Assembly: GCA_048772705.1 (NCBI GenBank)
Contig: JBLWGC010000092.1
Location: forward strand, 1-64,000
Source: Leidyana gryllorum EB-2025a
Lineage: Eukaryota > Protista > Apicomplexa
Direction of reading: 5' to 3'
DNA: 64,000 nt
Both the position numbers and the translations under genes were made by a program. Below the pieces are notes generated by a model. It was not told the DNA's origin. It did not search any database and saw nothing but the letters and a program-made list of their open reading frames with translations. This document shows, piece by piece, positions 9,441-22,266 of the stretch (the first letter of the stretch is position 1; every line of letters starts with the position of its first letter).

Positions 9441-10946
9441 ATGCCTAACTCGGTGTGGTTTCGTTCTGATACCCGTCTACAGACTTGCCAAAGGCGGTAC
9501 TGGGAGTTCCTCTCTTTCTTGGTGGCTCAGAATCCGACGAGTCATGCGTTAGCTCTTTACGGGTCGAGTGCGCGGTATAGGAATGTATACTTTCCGCATA
9601 CGGCACAGGATGAGGGGTCAGAGCCAATTAGGGTGCAGAAGGGCGACGGTCACGGGTGGTACTTTCACAACTGGAAGTGGTACGAGGTTCCAGATGAGCT
9701 ATCGAAGTTGGGGGTGGAAAACTTGGGCCGTGAATGGCTCTTACCCAAACGGGAGAGTCGTGTGCCAAAATATCAAATAGTATTTGTCGTCTGCAAGGAT
9801 GGCGTCGACGTGGACAAACTGCCCATCGACCTCATTGAGAGATCCATAAAGGCAGACGTCGTCTCAGATAACGGTGAGTGCGGCGAGTCAACGAACAGAA
9901 GAAGGGTGCCGGCTCGGGGAGTCGTGAAAGCTCAGATCATCAAGTCGCTCTCTTCCTCTAACAAACAACCGTTCTTCCGATGGCAGTTAGAGACGTGGTG
10001 TCAACACCGCGAGAAGCCCTTTCCCTCAGCTCAACGGGGAGTCATCCGATATCAGAAACTGATACACAATCTCGCCCGGATAGTGCATAGAGAGTTCGAC
10101 CCCATGGCCGCCAAGCCGTGCTGTGAAGCGGTGAAACCTCTTTTGAAACAGCTAAAGGAAACCTTCGCTGCGATTCCCGCCCACGTTCCGCGACCCAATG
10201 ACACTAAGAGAGCACTACTCATCATCCTGAATTTTATTCGCCAACGCTTCACCGAGACTGAGGGAGAGTTAAGTCTTCTTCTCCCATCTCCCCAGCCAAA
10301 GAAAGCGAATTGGCTCTCAAAACTGAAGGTCAGAGTGAACGGAGGCGATTCCCCCGACTCAGCAGCGAATCAGCAGAGTGCAGCTGACACCTCTCTGCCG
10401 GAAAAGTCGTCTGTGGAGCCTCCGAGTATATGCTCCCCTTTCCTTTCCAGGCGGATGAAGAGTGCGGAAATTGCCGAGATAGACTTTAAGGACTGGAGCA
10501 ACGAAGCCAACAAACCTCCAGACTCGCCTTCAAACGCGCCGAAGGGGCGCTTCAAGGATATTTTTGGCCCCCAATATGGTCCCCCTTTGGTCGACTGGTC
10601 TCACAGAAAGGGAATGTGCCTGGTGGGGTGCGCCGTAGAGAGACTGTTCTCCCGGTTCTTCTCGAAGCTCAGGAAGCGGAGACAGTGGATACTGCCAGAC
10701 CCCGACCATCCCAACGAGGTGGCGCATCCCTTCTCCCTCGAGCATCCGACACCCCTACGACACACATCAAATCCCGACCCTCGCATAGAAGCCCTCCTCG
10801 AAGACATTCAACAGACGACAACAGCGGCCTCAGGGTCCTTCGCAGGGAGACCAATGTCGACACCGTTAGTTAGAAAGGTTTACTCAATTGGTCATTCCAC
10901 TCCACGAAGCGCCAGAATGTCTTTCCGTTCAATGACACGTGGGTAA
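9441..10946 (+). CDS. Hypothetical protein, tandem family member 3
   Basis: ~500-aa intronless ORF with LALYGSS, WKWYEVP, FRWQLETW, RYQKLIHNLARIVH, VDWSH, VAHPF motifs. Confidence 0.85.
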   Translation: MPNSVWFRSDTRLQTCQRRYWEFLSFLVAQNPTSHALALYGSSARYRNVYFPHTAQDEGSEPIRVQKGDGHGWYFHNWKWYEVPDELSKLGVENLGREWLLPKRESRVPKYQIVFVVCKDGVDVDKLPIDLIERSIKADVVSDNGECGESTNRRRVPARGVVKAQIIKSLSSSNKQPFFRWQLETWCQHREKPFPSAQRGVIRYQKLIHNLARIVHREFDPMAAKPCCEAVKPLLKQLKETFAAIPAHVPRPNDTKRALLIILNFIRQRFTETEGELSLLLPSPQPKKANWLSKLKVRVNGGDSPDSAANQQSAADTSLPEKSSVEPPSICSPFLSRRMKSAEIAEIDFKDWSNEANKPPDSPSNAPKGRFKDIFGPQYGPPLVDWSHRKGMCLVGCAVERLFSRFFSKLRKRRQWILPDPDHPNEVAHPFSLEHPTPLRHTSNPDPRIEALLEDIQQTTTAASGSFAGRPMSTPLVRKVYSIGHSTPRSARMSFRSMTRG

Positions 10947-11085
10947 TGAATGAATGTTTGGTGGGGCCATTGCCACAATCACAGCCGAAATGTGTCGTTT
11001 CTCTCGCCTCACAAATGCCAGCAACCGAATGTAGACTCATCTCATGACACCACTTGGTCGTTCACAGATTAGCCAAACTTTTGGG

Positions 11086-12986
11086 ATGGATTTCCTCAAG
11101 TCGGCCTTGGCACACGGACAGAATGCGCTCGCCACCATTGACCGACACATGGAGGAGTCCAAACGGGCCCAGGATGACCGAGAAGAAGCTGAGGCTCTCG
11201 GAGACGGCAACGCAATAATAGATGAAGACCCGCAATCGGAGCCCCATCAACCCGAGCCCCACTCCCAAGCTGAACCGGAAGACTCGTGCGCCGGTTTGGT
11301 CGGAAATGAGGCGTCGGCGGCAGCAGTGACGGTCGATGAAGAGACAGAGAAGGAACAAATTGTTGTGGAGGAGCCGGAGAGCGCCCCCGTTTCAACCAGT
11401 GAGATGTCGGGGACTCGAAGTTTGTGGGGAGGTTTGTTTGGAGCCGGTGGTGGTGGAAGTTTCGCGAGTCAGCCCGTGGGAGGCGGTGTGGCTCCCGACA
11501 AGTTGCAGGCAGAAGTTGAGAAATTGCGGGTTAGAACGGTGTGACCCCAACTCAAACCTATGTTCAGCGCAGAGTTAAGGATCTCGAAAGAGAGAATGAC
11601 GAGTTGTATCGCGAGGGCATCAAGTTTTCTCAGAACGCCGGGCAGCAGGAGTCTAAGGTGTCGATGCTGAATCACAAGCTGAACGTGAGTTTCTTTGATG
11701 TGCAGTCGTTTCAAATAGATCTCGCAGGAAGCTCAACGAGCGCTGGAGGCTCGCGAAGAGAAAGTCGAGGAGCTCACCGAGACCAATAGAGTACTGAACG
11801 ATATGTTGGGCCAACTGACCGACGCCAACAGCGCCAAGAAAGCCTCGAACAAGAGGGTCACTGATCTGGAGGCCCAACTTTGTACATTGGAGGGCGAGAA
11901 ACAGGTGCTGATCAATGAGAAGGCCTTCCTGGAAGCCGCTTATCAGTGAGTTTTCGGCCGGGTACAGACGATTAAGAATGATTCAATGCAGAGACGCGCA
12001 ACATCAGGCCACAGAGGAAAGGATGGCCTTCGAACAGGAGACGGCCGAGAAACTGGCCGAGAAGCAGAAGGAAATCGATCATTTACGGATGGAAGTTCAG
12101 GTAACCATCGGTGTCGCTATCCGTTTCATTCTGTTTCACACAGAAACTCATTCGCAGTCAGAGTCGATGGCAGGAGAAGATGGTGGCTATGGAGAATGAG
12201 TTGCAGTTGGCCAAACAGGAGGCACAGAATGTCAAGTTGACGGAGCAGTCGAGTGATGGGGACTCCTTCTTCAACAAAATACAGTCTGCCGAGCTCGAAA
12301 GCAGAAATTGGCAATTGCAGAAAGAGGTGGACGGACTAAAGTTGGAGATCGCCCGTTTTCGGGAAGACAGTCGGTCGCAAATGTCGGAGACGGAGCAATT
12401 GCACAAAGAAGAGTGTTCAAAGTTAAGTGAGCAAATCCGACATTTGGAGCATCAGCTGGGCCTGGAGACGGAGAGAGGCCGACGAGAGCTCGAGGAGGAA
12501 CGGCGAGCGAAAGAATCGATCATCTCGAGTTTGACCACACACCTAAAGGAGACCGAACGACGATTGAGATTGCAGCAATTGCAAAGTAATCTACTGACAT
12601 CCGCGAGCAACCCGGCAGCCGGGTCGAATCCCAGCTTTCGAATAACATCACCCTCTGTCGAGCCGGCGTCGGAGACTTCTAACTCTCCAGCTGAAGTGAG
12701 TCGGTCAAAGCTGCCCGCCGCCGAGGAGGCTCGAGCACTCCATCGGCAGACCCCGTCGTCCTTCTCCGCATCACACAACCCGCAAGTGGACCCGTTTGAG
12801 GATTTCCGACCCCTCCCACCAAGGCAACCTCATCTAACGTCCGGTGACGAGAGTAAACATATGATTAGACTGAAAGCGGATTTGGCTGCTGTAAGAGCGG
12901 AGAGGTCCATGTTCGAACAAGAGTGTCTGCGTCTCGCTGCCCGACTGGAGGAGCTAAAGACAACTACTTCAACGAGTGTACAATAG
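11086..12986 (+). CDS. Multi-exon coiled-coil (golgin-like) protein
   Basis: Successive E/K/Q-rich heptad ORFs (11044-11544, 11541-, 11915-, 12111-12986) linked by short GT-AG introns. Confidence 0.6.
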
Positions 12987-13730
12987 AGCCTTGGCAACTT
13001 TGTCAGCTGTCTGAGCGTCAATTAGAGTGGACACTATTGCCAGTCCAAACTCGATCGCAGTGGCGGGACCCGAAGACGTGACTGAAAGAGTGTGGTGGGA
13101 GACAGACAAGGCGGCCGGCTCACTGATCTTATGGGGTCCATCGACGTGAGTGTTGCCGACTTTCTCGCCAGCGTAGCAGTCTCCCAGACCCTCTATCATG
13201 GCAGGATAGCACACAGCCTTGGCTCCGTCATCCAAAAGGCCTTGTTTCTTCAGCACTTCCACAGGCGCGGCACAGATAGCGGCGATCCATCGTCCAGCTT
13301 TCTTTTGCTGAGCCAACAACTCTTTCACCTCAGCGCTCTCTCCCAGAATGCGAGCGCCTGGCATGCCGCCCGGCAACTGATCAGAAGGTGGAGCTGCTTT
13401 TGCTCCTGTGAGACTCGTTGCAACTCACCACAATCACATCCCACTCGGTCTTCAAGGCTTCTGAGACACTCATAGAAGTGGTCTGGGGAGTTTGACAAGT
13501 CGAGAGACGGCCGGAAGTCTGCTTACAATCTCAAGTTTGGCGTAAGCCGATTTGCACGTTGTCGCTCCAACTCCAGCAGTGTGAACTTGAAAACCTCCGC
13601 GAGTCAGAACATCACAAGCAGTGAAAGCTTCGACTTCCTCGAAACCCTCATTGGCCTGAGCGAAGGAATGTGTAAAAGAGTCACTTGTGACAATCGGGTG
13701 ACTCACGATCAAAACGATGGCTTTGAGCAT
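12969..13730 (-). CDS. DJ-1/PfpI (PARK7/ThiJ) family protein, multi-exon
   Basis: GFEEVEAFTACDVLTRGG, LPGGMPGA, catalytic AAICAAP, TSSGPATAIEF. Confidence 0.92.
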
Positions 13731-13892
13731 GTTGAAGTTGACAGAGAGTGTTGACGCTTTTTTTTCTCCCGGGTCAGATACTTTCCAGCGGTCTCAGGGG
13801 TACAATATTGAGATAGAGTTGGATATTAACCCTCAAGCTTTTCGCACAGCACCTCTCACCACCAGAAAAATATTCAAAATAACGACGCACAT

Positions 13893-16800
13893 TCACCCCG
13901 GTAACATGGCTGATCGCTAGATCGACCAGTGTTCGTGGGCTCAGAAACTTCTGCTACTAACTTCTTCCAGTTGAAGGTATAGTTTCTTAACCTCCGGGTC
14001 GTCACAAGATTGACAACGATCCCGCAATAACCGTGATATGGGTAGTGCCTTCATGTGATTGACCAGATTGGCTCGGAAGTGGGTCACAAGGTCCCTGCAG
14101 CACAGACAAATAAATCAGATAGGGGGGGGGCGAAGTACTCACATGACGAGGTGAAGTGTGTTCTTCAGGTTCCGGGTATCAGCCTTAGGTTCAGACAAGA
14201 TTATTGTGGCCAACTCCAACATTGTGTGCACTTCAGCCTCGAGCATTTGCTGTGGGGTATGCTCATTGTGGTTATACTGTTGCGGGATGGCGGTGTTTGG
14301 CGTACTGACGTCACGGATAGAGTAGATCACCGTGACGTACGACGTCAAAGTAGCGTCCCGCAAGTCGCTTATGTACTTCACCCACTCATCGGAATCCTGC
14401 CAGAAACAGACAGTAATGCGCAAGTCGGGCGATATTTAGGCATCAACGCAACAGATCAACAGAGTTCCGTTACTTTGTCGCCCCTTATTCTGTTGCAGAA
14501 TAGGACTTACCGCTGGTCCCTGGTTGAGACGTGCCCCCGCAGCATGGTGGAGAATTTCCATGAAATCTTTGAGGTATGGTAAGAAGGCTTGGGGAGCCAT
14601 GACTGCAATGTCTCCAAGTGCAGTGATGGCTTTGGGCTTGAGGAAGATGGGGGTATTGGGGTCGCGGAGAACTGTGAATAGTTCCGGCGCAAAGTTGCCC
14701 ACGTAGTGTGCGAACTGCTCGCCCATCGAGGTGGCCAGGTTCCCAATAACATCAATCGCGATGGCCACGAACTGCACACAAACACAAAATGAAGTGTTCG
14801 AACGTGTGTGCGGGCAAGGACTTACGTCAGAGTCATCCTTAGTTTGCAGTACGGCGTGGATGAGATGGTAGAAGTTGGACATGTAACGATCGAAACTATG
14901 TTGCATTGCTGCGAGGGCGGGGAAAGTGTGTCCAGAGGACGTCGCGCGATCTGCTGCTGCTTACCGGAGATGAGCTTATTCAGGGCCAGAAGGGCTTCCT
15001 CAGCAGCCGTGTTCCATTGAGTTTCGCCGAGGTTGACCGCACGGGACTGAGACTGCACTGTCCGTTGGAAGATAGAGTACAGTCTGTCAGCGTCAGGCAT
15101 AACGGCTTTATCCAAGCGACCAATAAGCGCGTTGAGACATCCACACATCGGTCCCTGGACCTCAGCTATCTCTTCCGATGGGTTCTGAGCGAGGGTGAGT
15201 TCCATCCAATCCATGAGTTGTGTCATGAGAATGCGCATATTTTGTTCCTGGGCGGCTCCGTCGCCGACTTGCTTGACGAGCATATAGAGTGCGTGGTGAG
15301 CGGCATTTCGGAGTCGGTGTTCGTTGGCATCGGGACGTTTAGCCACACCGACGAGGGCGTCTGCCAATGTGATGAAATAGGGATCAATGCGAGAAGTGCC
15401 CGTCTCTCTGGTGGTTGTACCAGTGTTGATTCCGGCACAAATTTCGTACAAGGCGAAGCAGATGTTGGCCGCGACTCGAGGCTGATCGGGGAGAGAGTTG
15501 ACCAGCAGCGAGATGAGTCCGGGGTTCTGTTCCGGCTCAATGTATGTGCTGATGGCCGAATAGTGGTACCGAGCCAAACGACCAATGGTCCAGGCTGTGG
15601 TGTCTCGAACGGCAGGCGACTCATCGGTCAAGCGCTTGCAGAGGGGCTCGAACGACCGCTTCAGCAGATCGCTGAAACCCGTTGGAGACGGGCCCTCCAG
15701 GATGGAACCATAGACGAGGACAGCAGCTTCGCGTCGACTCCATTCCATTGCACTAAAGTTGGCCTCGATAAAGGTCAAGGCGCTCCCGAGGATTTCATCC
15801 TTCAAAATCTGAGCACAAAGCCCTATGGACGTCCCGGCTGCCATAGCTACAGTCCACTCATCGTCCTGATCCTCGTACTCTTGTTTGGTGGTTGCCTCAT
15901 ACAGAGCGGGCATTAGGGAGTCTTGGAACCGTTTGATGTACTGCATTGAATTTCGATGAGTGTCGCCTTCCAATATGAGTATTTCTTCATCACACAAAGT
16001 GGACCAGAATTCAATCGCAGATAGCGCCGTGGGAGAGGTGTCAGAGCCTGCCGCAATACGAGACAGCGAGATGTCGTGTAATTCTGGCATGGCCGGCGCC
16101 AACTCCGAGTAAAACTCGGAAGCGAGTTGCAGCCAAACTTCCCAAGCTGCGAGCTCCACATCTTCTCGACCCGCATTCAAACACCCTCCCAGAACACCAT
16201 ACAGTGCATTCCGATCCGGCTCATTTGCAACGTATTGTTCAGCGAAAAACACTCCGTAATAGAACGCTTTCAGCGCCGCAAGACGCACGTCCAAGTCGGG
16301 ATCCACCAAACCAACCGATAAACACTTCAGCAAGACATCTTTCATTTGAGGCTCCAGGATTTCCCGACCAATCTCTTCCCGCAGACTCTGGACATCCTCA
16401 CAGAAGTAACCGATGACCTGATATGCTCCAATACGGCGGTGCGCCGGACCGCCTGGCTGACTCAACAGCTCCAATGTCGGCACAAGAGTTGGCCAGTTGC
16501 CACATGGAATCTCTACCCGAGCAATCTTCGAAATCGCCTGACTCGCCGAGTTCCGTGCAGCCAAACATGGACTGTCTAGCGTCGATATCAACGCCATCTT
16601 TATTTCATTCGCCACCTGGGGCGGAACCTCCAGCCACTTCTGCCGCTTTAGGCAGTCAATCTTCATGTCCTGCACCCATCAACAACATTTACCCAAAAAC
16701 CTCCCATTCAGACACACACGATCGAAGAACACTCAGACACACACCATCATAGAACACTCAGACACACACCACCACTTAACACTCATGACACCAGTGACGG

Positions 16801-17088
16801 AACGTTCGTGTACACTTACGACGCCAGAGACCGCATTCTTGACCAGGAGACCAGCGAGTTGACGCACGTGGTCATCGTTCTCGGTAGCTAAGAGGCGCGT
16901 GAGCGCCCTCAGGTACTCCGGAAAATTATCTTTCTCAGCTGCGGAGAGCTGAGCCTCGGCCGCCCGCCTCCTCTCGAGCTCGGGAGCTGAATGTATACGT
17001 CATTTGAAAAGGAATCAACCTTCAAGGACTCACAGTGGGCATCGCGCAGAACGGATACCAAAGCAGTGTTTTCGTTAAAGTCAGCCAT
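13893..17088 (-). CDS. KPNB1: Importin subunit beta-1 (karyopherin beta), multi-exon; 3' end approximate
   Basis: ARVEIPCGNWPTL, ALSAIEFWSTLCDEE, DDEWTVAMAAGT, WSRREAAVLVYGSILEGP, VRDTTAWTIGR, ITALGDIA. Confidence 0.92.
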
Positions 17089-17105
17089 TGGGTGGGCGAA
17101 ACTAA

Positions 17106-18561
17106 ATGAATGAACCAGACGCAGCCTCCCGCCTACGTCTCCAAAACGCCCAGCAGCGACGTCTGCTTAATAAATTTTGTTACTCCATGAGCAACACCTG
17201 GTCACACCCAACCCCCTGGTCCCACTTTGCACCTCCCCAGGGAGGTGGTACAGAGTCTACACCAGCATGGGCTATCCCTGTACATCGAGAAGGTCCGCCG
17301 GCGAGCGCTGAGCAAGCCGAAATGACAAGACCGTCTCCTCAACATGGGCCACGCCGCAGAAGGCCTAGCGCGGAGCACAGAAGAGGGGGGTGGGAACACC
17401 GACCGCCTCCAGTTCCAGCAGCACACGTCGCGCCCCCCGCGGCTGCAGCTGCTCCCCCACGTCCCCAGAACCCCTTCTTTCAATATATAAACGCGACGGC
17501 GCCGGATCAGATACCGGCGCGTATCTTCGAATTATGCAGTAAGCAACACTGGAGTTTGGGCGGCGGTAAAATTGTGCGCTTCGTTCAGAGATTGCTACAG
17601 TGACTACTGAATGCGTAACAGGCGTAGCTGGATGCATTCTGGCTTGGAAGGATCATTGTGATCATATATTAATCGTTCGTGCCATGGCAGACGCCTACTG
17701 TCAGCCGACGGCCACGCCACAGAACAAACTAGCCATCATGTACATCTTCAATGATGTTGTTCAGAAGGAACGCGGAGCCTTTTCACCTCACGGGATGAGA
17801 TTTTTCTTGGAGGTCATAGCTCCCTTGGTCCCTCATATGCCCCCCGATGTCCAGAACGGTCACTGCCGGGTACTCGATGTACTCAAGGACAGACAGATAT
17901 ACACAAAGGAACAAATACTGCCGCTACGCAAGCTCTTCACCACCCTGCCGCAACCGATAGACCTTTCGAACCTTCGGTCAGCCAACCGCGCAGACCACTT
18001 AGCGGTGCTCGACGCGGAGGTGCCACCAGCAGTCAAAGGCAAGGTAAATCAAACTGGCCCGTCCCCCCCCTTTCGCCACTCAACTCTTCCTTTCTACCAG
18101 ATTACGGCCACTATTCGGGCAAGCCGAGCCTTCTGTGCGGACCCGCAAACGGCCGACGCAGCAATGGAATGGGTGGAGTCTTTATTAACGGCAACTGGCG
18201 GCAACAGCGCTGTTGGTGAGGAATTTCTAGCCCAAGGTGAGTCCGCTTTGTGCATCATAACCTTTTCTACTACACATTATTACCCACCGCAGTCGACCCG
18301 GAGGCACGGAAAGCGCTCCATGCTGCAATTGTGCGAGCGCTAACTTTTATCACACTGGAGGTGGAGATGTTGCAGTTCTTCATTCTTGATTGGTGTGTGT
18401 GCATCGAGGAGAATCGTCAGAGACTCCTCAAGTTAGCGGGAGCACTAGCCAAAGAAATCCCACCAGCCCCTTCCGCCAGCAACAAAGACAATACTGATAA
18501 CCAACCGCCGCTTGTCCACACAAGAACAGACGATGTGGCAGCGAACGATCTCTTTACATAA
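17106..18561 (+). CDS. RNA pol II CTD-interacting domain (CID/RPR, RPRD1-like) protein, multi-exon; start at 17106 or 17187
   Basis: KLAIMYIFNDVVQKER resembles the CID consensus KL..LYL.NDV.Q; RVLDVLKDRQIY. Confidence 0.65.
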
Positions 18562-18567
18562 ATGTTT

Positions 18568-21500
18568 TCAACTCATCGCGGCATACAAAACATTATTCAT
18601 TATTTCGGGTTCAATACTCAGCAGCTCGTCCGAGCTTCGGCTCAAACTTACAACGCTCGCCCCAATTTCTTTGGCCGCAGTCGCCGAACTTGTCAAATGT
18701 TGACTGATTGTTACAGCAATTCCGTCGTGCTGCTGATTTAGAGCCCCCAGCGTCATGCACGTACTGGACTCGATACTTTTCAGCGCGAACGCATCCAATT
18801 CTTGTATTTCCTCATCCCATGTCAGAATGAAATCCGTCATGGACGGGATGGCACAGTACTTTAGTTTCCCGGCCGATCTCCTTGGCAGCATCTGCAGCTG
18901 CTGCGGGGTCAGCAGGGGCACTATTTGGCGTGAAACATCACTTTGTGGTCCGTTCCCGATCACGCAATCGGAATCGAAAGTCCATTCTGACCAAATTAGA
19001 AGCCCATCACACACTTCTCCTTCCGCACACCCGACACTCAAACTCCTATCGCGAGTCACGCGTTTCAGCAAACTCGCTTCGTCGGTCTCATCTGCGACCA
19101 AAGGCAATCAATTTCGAACTCACTTCCAGCCGGGCAACTCACTCAGATTGATTTCAAGTAGTTCTAATGGTTTGCCAACCATTTTGGCTAATTGTCCGTC
19201 TCTCAACTGCGTCCAGTCCACTTCGCATCGATGTCCGAAGTGGAATCGCGTGGCGTCCGGGACCGGTGGAGGACCCGAGTGCTGCGGTCTTCGGGGATTG
19301 CGGAGGCTCTGCAGCCACCGAACGTCGACCCCGTCGACCTCAGGCTCGAAGGCGACCAATTGACCCATTATTCGCAGTCTTCCCGGACAAAACTTGGCGT
19401 GTTTGGCCATCAGGACACGGCGGGTGTACAAAATGGTCGGGAGGAGGCCGAGACTCAGTCCGTCGCTCGGATATGTGAGCACATCCCCCAATATGACTGA
19501 TGAGAACGGTCTGTCAGTCACGATGCACCCAACCGTGGAGTCCAAGCCCGGGGTGTCAGGAGGGACTCCATATAACTGACAGAGTGCCATTCGAGTGTCC
19601 GGATCGTAGCGGTTACTGCGCAGCGTCCGTATGGTTCCGCAGTCAATGTCGAGGCGCGGTCGCATATCAGCAGCTCGACTGAACAGCCAATCTCGCATCT
19701 CTGTCGCCTCGGCATCCTCATCGATCTTCTTCTCAATTATCTTCCCGTCGGCACCTCTCCATTGTTCCTGTTTCTGGAGAATGGTAGGCGCATTCTCCCA
19801 ACACACTGTGCGGAACTCTCTCAGCGTCCCCTTATTGGAGAAGGCTCCCTTTAGCGCTCGAACAGAGCCCGCACTGCCGTCCGTGACTAACATTCGGGTC
19901 TCTGTCACAACTCCCGATATCCCTGCGAGCGCAGGGCGATGTCTCAACGTGGCCTTCACAGCTCTGAGAGTGCTATCGACCGAACCGGCGTCGAGAAGCA
20001 GAAAGTACGGTGGGGGCGGCTTTTCCGTTTCCTTTGCCGTCTCCTGCCATCCGAAGGTCTTTCGGGTTGCACTCGTCTTCCACTGCGCTTCCACAGCTTC
20101 CCGATTACGCTCACAGGCCGCCTCCCAGGCTTTGAGAGTGTCTCCACTTCGCAAAGCCAACTCCCATTGGTACCGATCCACACAATTGACCACCACCGGA
20201 TCAGTTCGCAGCAGAACAGCGTCGTCCTTCTTCACCTCTGCTCGGCTCAGCATCGCATCAACAAACTCAAAAGTGACCACCAAATCACTCTCAACTCGAC
20301 TCGACGCCACATCAGCTGTTGGAGTGCTCAGCCACCAAAAAGCGGGAGCAATAGAAGCCTCAGTTTCATTCCGTTTTAGATGCCCACACTGTATCAGCGA
20401 GCCGTCTGTAGTGTAAGCGGCAACTTCGAACAGAAGGGCATTGGGGACGTCCGATAAGTTCGAAAATGTCAGCGCAATTTGTGCCTGAAATGAGAGTGTG
20501 TCTGTCTCTACCGATACCACCGCGTTCGACTGACCTCTGGTTGCTTCAAGCTGGCGTCCAAAGTCCATAAAATCTGACTCTCGCCCAATCGCTTGAATGC
20601 TTTCGAGACACTTTCAGGAGAAATCTGTAATATGAGAGGAATTGACGTCGACGGAGACGCGCTCGAAGCAGTGTCATCTCACCTTTTGGGGAAGGAGCGA
20701 CCACCGGAGTGCTGACCGCATAGATGGCGTATCCCAGACCGCCGGGACCTCTATCCGGCACAGCTGCACGCGAACTTGCAGTCTGCAATAAAGAGATTAT
20801 CACTCGCTCGGTGTAAAAGTGTGAAGCCCACCTATGAGGGAAGAGCGCCTTGAATTCGGGGTACGGGTGCTTGGAGAGTTGTCGCAAGGGGTTCCGGGGC
20901 CCAACGAGATAATTGTCCAAAGCATCGGGATCGAGCACTAACAGATCAACCTCACTGGGTGGCACGACTGCCAATGCTTCGATGGCCGCTGATCCGGCGG
21001 CTTGTAGTTGTGCCTCTTCCGGGTCCGCGCTCGTCTTTGTCTGGGGCTTCGCCGGTTGCTCACTGTGGTGGCCCAACAGATGGAAATGCAAGTTCAACAG
21101 TTCTGTACTCTCGTATTTGGACAGTAATCCCCTCAACAATTCCAGTGCGACACCCGAGACGCTCTGTCGAAATATATGGATTGTAGGTTTGGGTTGTGGT
21201 AGGTGTGTCCATAGATATACGAGCGGAAACAAAGACTCATACCCCAGAAACCCGACACGTGTGGAGCTGGACGCCGGCCAGCAAGCCGCATTGAAGCTCG
21301 ACAATAGCGTACGAGCCCACACCCGCGACACTCCCGTGTCCCACAAACTGAGTATACGAGTCCCGAGCTGCGACTCGTGTCTGACGTGTAAGAGTCGGGC
21401 CATTGCGCGACGATGATCGACTGACACCGCCTCAGCCGCAGCCCCCAAATGGAGAGCCAGACGGCGGGAATTAGCCTCTTTGACCTTTTGCTCAGCCAAA

Positions 21501-22266
21501 GACTCGTCATAATTTCCAGTCAGTTGTGCCATGAGATTGGCTCTTTGCTCTGGAGTGAGATCTTTAGAGAACTCAATCTCAGGCTCGGCGGCGGAAGCTG
21601 CATTTGCGGCATCCTGTGCCTCCTCGGAGACTATTTCGTTAGCCAACCGCTCAAATCGAGAGTAGTCAACCTGATAACGATCTCGAAGTCGTTGCTGATT
21701 ATAGAGATCAGAAAGAATACGGAAACGTAAATGTAATTCCTCCCCTTCCTTGTCACCCGGCTTCACTTGCTCAGCCTCCTCACAACCACGACATCGCATC
21801 GCTTTCCGCAGTACAGCGATCGCATTCTCATATAGTTGCAGCTCTTGCAAGGCGCACGCGGCTCTGTACCAGGCCTGCAAGCACACACGAGCACACACAT
21901 TTCAAGCAGAGTCCCGGTCGAACACCGCAGGCTCACCTTGTCCCATTTGGGGTCAAGTGCTATCGCTTTCTTTGCCTCCTCGAGGGCATCAGCATTGCGA
22001 TTAAGTTTCAGACAACATGCAGCGCGGTTGGCGAATAATCGTGCTTTAGCTTCTGCGTCAGGGGCGAAGGCGATAGCTCCACTAAAGTGCTCAATTGCTT
22101 CTTTGTACTGTCGGTTACGGAAAGCATCTCGGCCGAGATCCGCTGCGCGTCGATACAACTCTTGGACCGCGTGGGGATCGAATTGTTGCAATTTCTTCTC
22201 AAACGCCTCCGAATTACCAGCCAAGAGGTCGGCCATCGCCTCCTTACCAAACGCATCGAAGTCCAT
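18568..22266 (-). CDS. TPR + duplicated PRMT-like protein (PRMT9/PRMT7-like), about 6 exons
   Basis: N-terminal TPRs (LFANRAACCL, AIALDPKWDK|AWYRAA). After splicing, module 1 reads VDLLVLD..LFPHR|LQVRVQLC; module 2 reads IVTD..FCPGRLRIMGQLV..GKPLELLEINL..DGLLIWSEW..IGNGP. Confidence 0.6.

Noticed and set aside
14906-15916. 336-aa plus-strand ORF
   Set aside because: Antisense shadow of importin-beta
19120-21898. Apparent frameshift or separate genes between ORFs 20546-21898 and 19120-20568
   Set aside because: Explained by three short GT-AG introns and two small exons in other frames
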